NCBI GenBank assembly: GCA_049903315.1
Contig: JBNGBT010000002.1
Location: 96,001 to 160,000 of the forward strand
Direction of reading: 5' to 3'
From: Candidatus Cloacimonadota bacterium
GTDB taxonomy: Bacteria > Cloacimonadota > Cloacimonadia > JGIOTU-2
Length of the DNA: 64,000 bases
The notes beneath the pieces are model-generated. The model was not told the origin of the DNA. It did not search any database and was given only the letters and a program-made list of their open reading frames with translations. Positions 50,153 through 58,356 of the stretch are shown piece by piece. The number at the start of each line of letters is the position of its first letter. The first letter of the stretch is position 1. Position numbers and translations under genes: made by a program.

Positions 50153-51556
50153 ATGGATAGAATTTTAATAGTCGATGATGATAAAGACCTTCAACAAACT
50201 CTCTCAGTTATTTTAGAGAGCGAAGGATATGAAATTTTTTCTGCGGAAACCGGGAAAAAAGCGATAACAGAAATTCAAGAAAAGCTGCCGAATGTTGTTC
50301 TTCTGGATATGAGACTTCCTGATATGAATGGGATGAAGATTTTAGAAAAATTAAAAAATATAATTCCAGAATTTGATTGTCCCATCATCATTCTTACTGC
50401 TTTTGGAGATATTCAAAGCGCGATCACATCCATGAAACTGGGCGCTTTCGACTACATTACAAAACCATTTGACAATGACGAGTTGCTACTCACAATCCAG
50501 AAAGCATTGAAATCCCAAAAACTTTCCAAAGAAGTAAAAATCCTGAGGGAAAAACTTAAAGACAAAATAGCTGCTGAAACAGAAATGGGAACATCAGTTC
50601 AAATACAGCAGATATTAAAAAAAGTTGAGGTAATCGCTCCCACAAATATGAGTGTGATCATACAAGGGAAAACAGGCACAGGTAAAGAAGTCATTGCAAA
50701 TCTGATCCACCGAAAAAGTCTGAGAAAAGATAAACCTTTTGTTCCAATTGATTGCGGTGCGATTCCTGAGAATCTTATTGAGAGCGAGCTTTTTGGGTAT
50801 GAAAAAGGCGCGTTCACAGGTGCCGATATTGCTAAAAAAGGGAAGTTTGAACTCGCTGATAAAGGAACTCTCTTTCTGGATGAAATAACGAATCTTCCGG
50901 AAGCTGCTCAAGCAAAATTTCTCAGAGCATTAGAAGAGAGGGAAATTCATCACCTCGGCGGCAAAAAACCAATAAAGATTGATGTAAGAATTATTACAGC
51001 TTCAAATACTGACTTGCCGGAAGCAGTAGGTCAACGAATGTTCAGGGAGGATCTCTATCATAGACTTAACGAGTTCAAGATCAAACTCCCCCTGCTCAAA
51101 GAACGAGAGAACGATATCCCGATCTTAGCGAATATTTTTCTCAAAGAAGCAAACGAAGAACTCAATAAGAACATTGAAGGTTTCTCTACATCAGCAATAA
51201 AAATGCTCATGAATTATTCCTGGCCCGGGAATGTGCGCGAACTCAAGAATGTGACAAAACGGGCAGTACTTCTGGAAGATGGAAAACAGATATCTGCTGA
51301 AACACTCGAATTTGAGGATATGAGAAAATCCAAAAGCTCAAAAAAAGAATCCATCAAGCATTATACAAAAAAGATATTGGAGCAGGATTATTCGCTAAAA
51401 GATATAACTACAAAACTCAATAAAGATATCGAAAAAGAAATCATAAAAAATGTTCTGGAAGAAGTGCATTATAATAAATCAAAAGCAGCAGAAGTTTTAG
51501 AGATTGATAGAAATACACTCTATACAAAAATTAAGGATCTCGGAATAGAATTATAG
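50153..51556 (+). CDS. Sigma54-dependent response regulator (NtrC/AtoC family)
   Basis: REC domain; GKTGTGKE; ESELFG..GAFTGA; FREDLYHRL; WPGNVREL; C-terminal Fis HTH. Confidence 0.95.
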   Translation: MDRILIVDDDKDLQQTLSVILESEGYEIFSAETGKKAITEIQEKLPNVVLLDMRLPDMNGMKILEKLKNIIPEFDCPIIILTAFGDIQSAITSMKLGAFDYITKPFDNDELLLTIQKALKSQKLSKEVKILREKLKDKIAAETEMGTSVQIQQILKKVEVIAPTNMSVIIQGKTGTGKEVIANLIHRKSLRKDKPFVPIDCGAIPENLIESELFGYEKGAFTGADIAKKGKFELADKGTLFLDEITNLPEAAQAKFLRALEEREIHHLGGKKPIKIDVRIITASNTDLPEAVGQRMFREDLYHRLNEFKIKLPLLKERENDIPILANIFLKEANEELNKNIEGFSTSAIKMLMNYSWPGNVRELKNVTKRAVLLEDGKQISAETLEFEDMRKSKSSKKESIKHYTKKILEQDYSLKDITTKLNKDIEKEIIKNVLEEVHYNKSKAAEVLEIDRNTLYTKIKDLGIEL

Positions 51557-51565
51557 TTTACATAT

Positions 51566-51604
51566 TGCGTAATTAATAATACAAAGTGCGGAATTAATTC
51601 AGCA
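51566..51604. promoter_or_regulatory. Tandem 18-bp dyad sites (putative UAS), pair 2
   Basis: TGCGTAATTAATAATACA (51566) and TGCGGAATTAATTCAGCA (51587), starts 21 bp apart; the second is 17/18 identical to the 48893 site. Confidence 0.7.
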
Positions 51605-51744
51605 AAACCTCATTCATCCTATCCATCATCACTATAAACGCAGAAAAAACACTATTTTTATTTACGACCTAATTGGCAACTATGAGGGAGGTTACACAAC
51701 AATTCAAATCGATTCAGTAAATATTTTCGGGATTTGGGTGGTTT

Positions 51745-51759
51745 TGGCACAAAAAGTGC
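51745..51759 (+). promoter_or_regulatory. Sigma54 (-24/-12) promoter
   Basis: TGGCAC-AAAAA-GTGC with GG-N10-GC spacing, about 140 bp downstream of the UAS pair. Confidence 0.7.
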
Positions 51760-51771
51760 CTTAAATATTAT

Positions 51772-52149
51772 ATGATTAAAAATAAACATATGATATTCCT
51801 TCTAGAAGATTCAGCATATCAAAGAGATCAGATCATTGAAACTCTCAAAAAAGCAGATAGAAAGATAATTTATGCTGGAACGATCCGTAAAGCCAAGAAT
51901 CTCTATGACAGCAATATCTCTGCGATAGATTTGTTCATTCTCGATCTGAAACTCCCCGATGGAAATGGGATGGATTTCCTTCAACGTGTCCGAGATACCT
52001 TACATGATACACCTGTAATAATTACGAGTGCTACAATAACAGACACCATTCGAGAACAAGCAAAAAGGCTGAAAGTCAATACATTTTTCGAAAAACCAGT
52101 GATCATGGATAACCTTGAACAGGCAGTGAGAAGTGTGTTGCATTCATAA
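51772..52149 (+). CDS. Single-domain response regulator (CheY-like)
   Basis: LLEDS, ILDLKLPDGNG, TSA, EKP. Confidence 0.88.
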   Translation: MIKNKHMIFLLEDSAYQRDQIIETLKKADRKIIYAGTIRKAKNLYDSNISAIDLFILDLKLPDGNGMDFLQRVRDTLHDTPVIITSATITDTIREQAKRLKVNTFFEKPVIMDNLEQAVRSVLHS

Positions 52150-52279
52150 GAAGACTATGGCACAAATTCTTGCTACGTTTGAGCTTCAGAGTAACAAAAC
52201 TCAAGAACTGAAGAAATTAATTTTAATGAAATAAAATAATCCGCCTTTTTTATGATGGCGTAATACAATGGAGAAAAAA

Positions 52280-55090
52280 ATGAATAGAAAGCATCACTTC
52301 TTAAATTGGAATGGTTTTATGGTGGGTTTGTTTATAGTAGTTATCCTTCCATCCACAGTTATTGGTGCTACATTTTATGTTGCTTCAAATGGTACAAATA
52401 CATCACCATATGATACTTGGACGAAAGCTGCAACCAGTATTCAAACAGCAATTGACGCTGCAAGTGATAATGATGATGTTACCGTTGGCAGCAGCGGTGT
52501 TGGGCATGGTTCAGGAACCTATACAGAGAATATTACAGTAAATAAAGAGGTAACTATTCAGTCTGAAAATGGAAATAGTACGACAACGATCCAGGCATCA
52601 GACTCAAACTCACACGTTTTCGAAGTTACAAGCAGCTACGCAACAATAAATGGATTCTCGATCTATGGTGCTACCGAATGGGAAAAAGCGGGAATATACC
52701 TTGAAAATGTAACAAATTGTACTATACAAAACAACCGATGCGGTTGGGATGGAAGCCATCAAAACATGAAGGGAATCTATTTAGTTAATTCAGATGAGTG
52801 TACTCTATATAATAATACTGCAAGTTACAACAGTGGTGAAGGAATACATCTTAATTCATCCTGTGATAGTAATGAACTCACTGATAATACCGCAACGTAC
52901 AACACTGGTGATGGTATTTCATTGGCATCCTCTTCGAGTAATACTTTAGATAGCAACACAGCTAGTAATAATGGTGCAGATGGTTTTCATGTCGTGCCAT
53001 CATGTAGTAGCAACACCTTTGAAGATAATACTGCGAATAATAATGGTCAGCATGGTATGCTTATTGTTGCATCATCAACTAATACTTTTACTGGTAATAC
53101 ATGCAGTAATAATTCTTCTGGGAATGGTATATACATCGTAACTTCCTCAAACAATAACACGCTTACAACTAACACTGTCGATAGCAATGGGGGAAACGGA
53201 ATAATTATAGAAAACAGTACAGGAAATACTTTGACTTCCAATGCTGGAACTCATAATCAATTTGGTATATTTGTAACGGGATCTTCAAATAATACGTTTA
53301 CATCTAATACAATGAATGACAATGACGGACGTGTTGATGGAGATGGAATCATGCTCACTGAATCTTCGGATTGTCTCATTCTCAACAACACGTTTAATGA
53401 CAATCCTGGTGATGGTATTGAGTTTTATAACTCGTCGAACAATACTATAAAGGGAAATACGCTTGATACGAGTGGAGATCCTGATCCCGGAGCATCAATG
53501 AGAATAAATTACTATTCTTCCAATAACGTCATTGTAAATAACACGGTGATAAATGGCAGTAAAGGTATTGTATTGGAGGAAGTTTCAAATTACAATTCAG
53601 TAGCGCACAACACGGTCTATGGGCATACTGAAGATGGAATTGAATTTTACGAAAATTCATCATATAATATTGTTATGAGAAATTCTATAAGTAATAATGT
53701 TTATAATGGTGTCTGGCTTCCTTTGGTAGGTCCCCCACAGGGTCCGGCAGGAAATTATAATCAAATTTATCTGAACAATTTTGTTAATAATTCAGATGGG
53801 AATATTTTTTCAGAAATGACAACCACTACCTGGCATGCTCCTGCAAAGATGTATTATGATTACGATAACGGTACGTATAATAAAGATTATCTTGGTAATT
53901 ACTACGACGATGGGAATCATTCAGGCAGCTATGGATTAGGTGGAACGTATACGATTGCCAATGATAATAATGATGATTACCAATTAATAAAAACCTGTGA
54001 TAATTATTCTCTTCAAGCCTGGTGGTTGAGTGGTGATAATACGATGCATGGGAATGATGTTACTCAATTAGGAAGTGAACTAACGATCAATGGTGAAGAT
54101 AACAATATTTGGATCGCTAATCTTTCAGCAACAGCACAAATGAATTTTCCGGGAAGTGATACCTGGACAGGGCAGCTGGTTTTCAGCGTAGCCCCTACAA
54201 ATGGACATACATTCACTGTTGAAATGGGTTATTCAACTAATGGGAGTGACTTTACCGCTGGTGGACCTGATGCTACTGTTACTGCAGATGGAAGTTCTCG
54301 AATATATACCTTTGCTACTGATGCAAGCGCTTTTTCTGTAACAATAGGTAAGTATTTGGCTCTTAGAATAACAAATAATAATACAGGTTCTGATTATGAT
54401 CTCATGACAGGTGGTGCCTGGAGTTATTGCTCCTCTCCAGATGGGAGCTCAGAATATACTCTCCCGGTTATCCTCTCAGCTTTCACTGCCCAATTAATAG
54501 AGAACACTCCAACTCTTTACTGGACTACTCAATCCGAGACAGATAATATGGGTTGGCTGGTGTATCGTAATGATGAAGAAGATTTCCCAACAGCAACACT
54601 ACTTACCGATGAAATTATTCCCGGACACGGTACAACTACAGAGCCGAGTTATTATAATTATGAAGATGGAGAAAGCCTGGGAATAGGTCAAACCTATTAT
54701 TACTGGCTGGAGAGCATTGATTACTGTGGTATCTCCCAAGTGTACAGCAGAGTAGCACAAATTACAATTCCCGATCCTTCAATAAATCCCCCAAACATCG
54801 AGCCGCCAATTGTATATGATTTCAAGAATGTGCCGAATCCTGTAAACGGCAGTACAAAATTCCAGTTCACTCTGGATAAAACAAGTTTGGTAACGATCTC
54901 GATTTACAATATTTTAGGTGAGGTAGTACAGACTCTCCCCGCAGTAATGACACAACCAGATGAAAACTCGCACATTTACTGGAACGGCAAAGACAGTAGC
55001 GGCAAAGAACTCACACCCGGTGTCTATTTCTACAACCTGATAATAAATGGCAAAACCGCAGAAACGAAGAAATTAATTTTGATGAAATAG
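52280..55090 (+). CDS. Secreted right-handed beta-helix (NosD/CASH) protein with LPV-Ig and FlgD-Ig/T9SS-like CTD
   Basis: Signal peptide; many GI.L..S..N.L..N..N repeats; LPVILSAFTA; TKKLILMK; start 52280 (GGAG RBS) or 52268. Confidence 0.82.
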   Translation: MNRKHHFLNWNGFMVGLFIVVILPSTVIGATFYVASNGTNTSPYDTWTKAATSIQTAIDAASDNDDVTVGSSGVGHGSGTYTENITVNKEVTIQSENGNSTTTIQASDSNSHVFEVTSSYATINGFSIYGATEWEKAGIYLENVTNCTIQNNRCGWDGSHQNMKGIYLVNSDECTLYNNTASYNSGEGIHLNSSCDSNELTDNTATYNTGDGISLASSSSNTLDSNTASNNGADGFHVVPSCSSNTFEDNTANNNGQHGMLIVASSTNTFTGNTCSNNSSGNGIYIVTSSNNNTLTTNTVDSNGGNGIIIENSTGNTLTSNAGTHNQFGIFVTGSSNNTFTSNTMNDNDGRVDGDGIMLTESSDCLILNNTFNDNPGDGIEFYNSSNNTIKGNTLDTSGDPDPGASMRINYYSSNNVIVNNTVINGSKGIVLEEVSNYNSVAHNTVYGHTEDGIEFYENSSYNIVMRNSISNNVYNGVWLPLVGPPQGPAGNYNQIYLNNFVNNSDGNIFSEMTTTTWHAPAKMYYDYDNGTYNKDYLGNYYDDGNHSGSYGLGGTYTIANDNNDDYQLIKTCDNYSLQAWWLSGDNTMHGNDVTQLGSELTINGEDNNIWIANLSATAQMNFPGSDTWTGQLVFSVAPTNGHTFTVEMGYSTNGSDFTAGGPDATVTADGSSRIYTFATDASAFSVTIGKYLALRITNNNTGSDYDLMTGGAWSYCSSPDGSSEYTLPVILSAFTAQLIENTPTLYWTTQSETDNMGWLVYRNDEEDFPTATLLTDEIIPGHGTTTEPSYYNYEDGESLGIGQTYYYWLESIDYCGISQVYSRVAQITIPDPSINPPNIEPPIVYDFKNVPNPVNGSTKFQFTLDKTSLVTISIYNILGEVVQTLPAVMTQPDENSHIYWNGKDSSGKELTPGVYFYNLIINGKTAETKKLILMK

Positions 55091-55096
55091 AAAAAT

Positions 55097-55120
55097 GTAG
55101 CGGCTGAACATGTTCAGCCC
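55097..55120. repeat. GTAG-type REP-like palindrome
   Basis: GTAG at 55097 followed by the perfect palindrome GGCTGAACATGTTCAGCC (55102-55119). Confidence 0.75.
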
Positions 55121-55157
55121 TTGCGGAAAAAAATGAAAAAAAATAATAAAAAAACAG

Positions 55158-55224
55158 ACGGCCTTCATCCCGATTTGTCGGGACGGCGCGGAAGCCCGCC
55201 TTCATTACATGACGGCGCGGCAAG
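55158..55224 (-). repeat. Two tandem copies of the 30-bp element (D carries a nested hairpin, E is intact)
   Basis: 55195-55224 reverse complement CTTGCCGCGCCGTCATGTAATGAAGGCGGG; 55158-55194 is similar with a TCCCGA-TTTG-TCGGGA hairpin in the centre. Confidence 0.7.
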
Positions 55225-55237
55225 AAAGGAAAAGAAA

Positions 55238-58120
55238 ATGTTGAAAAAAACAAAATTAGTTCTCGGATTTACGCTGATAATGTTATTAGCAATGAGCACA
55301 GGATTGATGGCTGGGACTTACAGCGGTGGAACAGGAGCAGATGCTGATCATGCATATCTAATTTCAAATACAGATGATTTAATTGAACTAAGCACAACTT
55401 CAGGCGACTGGAGTGCATATTTCAAGCAAACTGAAAATATCGCTTTTGACGCAAATGAACAAAATGTAGATTGGGACGGTGATGGCTCTGCTAATTGGGA
55501 TACAGAAGATCAACTGGGCTTTTCTCCAATAGGCAACATTACAATAGCATTTAGAGGCTCCTATGATGGTGATGGACATATAATTGATAATCTCTTCATC
55601 AATCGCCCATTAAGCGATTATCAAGGTCTTTTTGGTTATTTTCATGGACATGGATCCACTACAGAAATTCAAGGACTTGGTCTAACAAATGTAGATATTA
55701 CTGGCAATGATTATGTCGGAGGTCTGGTTGGATATAATGAATATTCTACAATAAGTAAAAGTTATTGCATCGGTGATATTAGCGGAGGAATAGATGTAGG
55801 TGGATTGATTGGGCATTCCTACTTCAACAACACTATAATTAACAATTGTTACAGCTCTGGATCGGTAGAAGGTACTAATGAAGTAGGTGGACTTGTAGGA
55901 TATCATCGTACAAATGCTTCAATAACTAATTCTTACAGCCATAGTAATGTAACCCGTTCCAGTGGAACTAACAATGACTTCGGAGGGTTTTGTGGGTTTA
56001 TTCATTATTCCACGGTTGAAAACTGTTATTCTACAGGGGATGTAATCTATTCATCTGGTGGTAATCCATCAGATAAAGGTTTTATTGGACGAATAGGCAC
56101 AGGATATACATTTAACAATAACTTTTTCGATAGCGAAGCTTCCAATCAAACTTACGATAATGAGGATCATTCAACAGTAACTACAGCAACTGCTAAAACC
56201 ACAGCAGAGATGAAAAATGTTTCTACATTTACCAGTTGGGATTTTGATGTTGATGGAGTAAGTGCAGGTCATAATGGAGTTTGGATAATGGCTGGTTATC
56301 CGCATCTTCAAATGGAATGGTCGGCAACTGTTTCCACTCTTGAAGAAATACAAATGGTGGTTCTCGATGTTGATGCCACTTATACCCAATCAGCGAATAT
56401 TGATGCCTCAGCAACAAGCACATGGAATTATAACGGATCAACTTATGATGGCTTTTCACCCATTGGAAACAGCACAACAAAGTTTACGGGTAGCTTAAAT
56501 GGACAATCTTATAATATTACTAATTTATTCATCGACAGGGATGCAACCGATTACATAGGTTTATTTGGCTGTCTTGAAGGTGCCCAAATTGACAATATTA
56601 ACCTGGTATCTGTAGATATTACCGGAAATGATTTTACAGGTGGCTTCGCAGGCCAGATTCTTATTAATTCTGACATTAATGATTGTAGTGTATCCGGCTC
56701 TGTTAGCGGTCAAGAGCATACAGGTGGTTTTGTTGGTGATGTTTATCAGGCAGCCACAATAGATAACTGCTCTGCAAACGTAACTACAAGTGGAACATCG
56801 GATGTTGGGGGCTTTGCAGGAAGAAATTATAATAATAACAATACTGATATCAATAAACCCCACATTACGAATTCATTTTCATCGGGTAATGTAACTGGAA
56901 GCGCAAGAAATATAGGCGGTTTTGTAGGCTGGAATACCGGTATAATCTCAGAATGCTACGCCACAGGTTCTACGGATGGAACAAGCTTAACAGAAAGCAG
57001 GATCGGTGGTTTTGTAGGAGGAATTGCTTATTATGAAAGCAGTACTGGAAAGATTGATAATTGCTATAGCACGGGTGATGTGAGTACGGATGGTACTAAT
57101 CTTGGAGCTACACATGGTATCGGTGGCTTTGTAGGAACATACTATTCTGGCGGAGAAATTACCAAGTCATATTCAACCGGAAGTATACCCCAGGTTGGCT
57201 CATATTATGGTGGTTTTTGTGGCAGATTTCCAGCTGGTACTTCATCCAATAATTTCTTTGATAAAACAACAGCAGGTGTGACCACCGATCCCTCAGGTGC
57301 ATTAGGAAAAACCACATCAGAGATGACTACTGACGCCCTGGTATATAATTATACCACCAATATCTATTTGTCCGCAGGCTGGGATTTTAAAGGCGAATCC
57401 ACAAATGGTACTGATAACATCTGGAATATCGGCAATAGCAGAAATAATGGCTATCCATATCTCGATTGGGAATATCCAAGCGATCATGCAACCCTCCCTG
57501 TTGTCCTCTCTTCTTTCACTGCCCAATTCATAGAAAATACACCAACCCTTTACTGGACTACTCAATCTGAGACTGATAATATGGGCTGGTTTGTATATCG
57601 TGGTGAAGAGAATGATTTTACTTCATCAGAAGTTATATCAGAATTTATCGAGGGACACGGCACGACAACACAGCAACAATCGTATTTGTATGAAGACGAC
57701 ATTGAGAATCCTGAAGTTGGTGATACATATTATTACTGGCTTGAGAGCATAGATTATGGTGGAATCATCAATCATTATGACAACGTAGCGATTCTTACTA
57801 TTCCAGATAATCATGGTTCAACGAATAATCTTATTCCCAAACCAGAGCGTTTTGGACTTCTGCAAAATGAGCCAAATCCAGTAATCAATTCCACACGAAT
57901 AGCATTTAATCTCACAGAAATAGCCAAAATTGATCTTACAATCTATAACCTTAAGGGACAGATTGTGAAGAAACTCTATTCTGGCAACACTTCAAAACAT
58001 ACAGTCATGTGGGATGGGAAAGATGAACAGGGCACAGAATTGAATAATGGCGTATATTTATATAGATTACTCGTAAATGGTAAAACAGCAGAAACGAAGA
58101 AATTAATTTTGATGAAATGA
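55238..58120 (+). CDS. Secreted GLUG-repeat protein (two internal modules) with LPV-Ig and FlgD-Ig/T9SS-like CTD
   Basis: MLKKTKLV signal peptide after AAGGA; two FSPIGN..F.GS..NLFI.R..GLFG modules with GG(L/F)VG repeats; LPVVLSSFTA; TKKLILMK. Confidence 0.82.
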   Translation: MLKKTKLVLGFTLIMLLAMSTGLMAGTYSGGTGADADHAYLISNTDDLIELSTTSGDWSAYFKQTENIAFDANEQNVDWDGDGSANWDTEDQLGFSPIGNITIAFRGSYDGDGHIIDNLFINRPLSDYQGLFGYFHGHGSTTEIQGLGLTNVDITGNDYVGGLVGYNEYSTISKSYCIGDISGGIDVGGLIGHSYFNNTIINNCYSSGSVEGTNEVGGLVGYHRTNASITNSYSHSNVTRSSGTNNDFGGFCGFIHYSTVENCYSTGDVIYSSGGNPSDKGFIGRIGTGYTFNNNFFDSEASNQTYDNEDHSTVTTATAKTTAEMKNVSTFTSWDFDVDGVSAGHNGVWIMAGYPHLQMEWSATVSTLEEIQMVVLDVDATYTQSANIDASATSTWNYNGSTYDGFSPIGNSTTKFTGSLNGQSYNITNLFIDRDATDYIGLFGCLEGAQIDNINLVSVDITGNDFTGGFAGQILINSDINDCSVSGSVSGQEHTGGFVGDVYQAATIDNCSANVTTSGTSDVGGFAGRNYNNNNTDINKPHITNSFSSGNVTGSARNIGGFVGWNTGIISECYATGSTDGTSLTESRIGGFVGGIAYYESSTGKIDNCYSTGDVSTDGTNLGATHGIGGFVGTYYSGGEITKSYSTGSIPQVGSYYGGFCGRFPAGTSSNNFFDKTTAGVTTDPSGALGKTTSEMTTDALVYNYTTNIYLSAGWDFKGESTNGTDNIWNIGNSRNNGYPYLDWEYPSDHATLPVVLSSFTAQFIENTPTLYWTTQSETDNMGWFVYRGEENDFTSSEVISEFIEGHGTTTQQQSYLYEDDIENPEVGDTYYYWLESIDYGGIINHYDNVAILTIPDNHGSTNNLIPKPERFGLLQNEPNPVINSTRIAFNLTEIAKIDLTIYNLKGQIVKKLYSGNTSKHTVMWDGKDEQGTELNNGVYLYRLLVNGKTAETKKLILMK

Positions 58121-58146
58121 AGAAACAGCAAATTTTGTTGAGATAG

Positions 58147-58344
58147 TGGGTTTTGCAGAGAGAGTCATATATCTCTCTACACGCCAATGGAGAAATAGTG
58201 GAAAAGAAGTTCGAATATAATTTAATGGTGATCAAAGTGACTATAGAAGAGCTCATATCTGAATTCAACGGAACATACACATTAGACAGGAAAAATGGAA
58301 CTAGTTTTAAACTATCTATACCCAAAATCAGTCAAAGGACTTGA
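58147..58344 (+). pseudogene. Probable remnant of a histidine kinase HATPase C-terminus
   Basis: ISLHANG (degenerate G1 box) and LISEFNGTYTLDRKNGTSFKLSIP; no ATG/RBS, in-frame stop immediately upstream. Confidence 0.5.
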
Positions 58345-58356
58345 GAAAGAATTAAT

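Noticed and set aside
52158..52174. Second sigma54-like motif TGGCACAAATTCTTGCT upstream of the NosD-CTD gene
   Set aside because: Spacing is GG-N11-GC, one base too long for the strict -24/-12 geometry. Not called, though a one-base indel should be checked in reads.
55121..55237. N-terminal extension of the 999-aa ORF from TTG 55121
   Set aside because: It is translated repeat DNA; the signal peptide and RBS indicate the start at 55238
32570..58120. Diversity-generating retroelement (TR/VR) among the repeated C-termini
   Set aside because: Differences between copies are not adenine-specific and many are synonymous; all copies are coding; no reverse transcriptase is in the window
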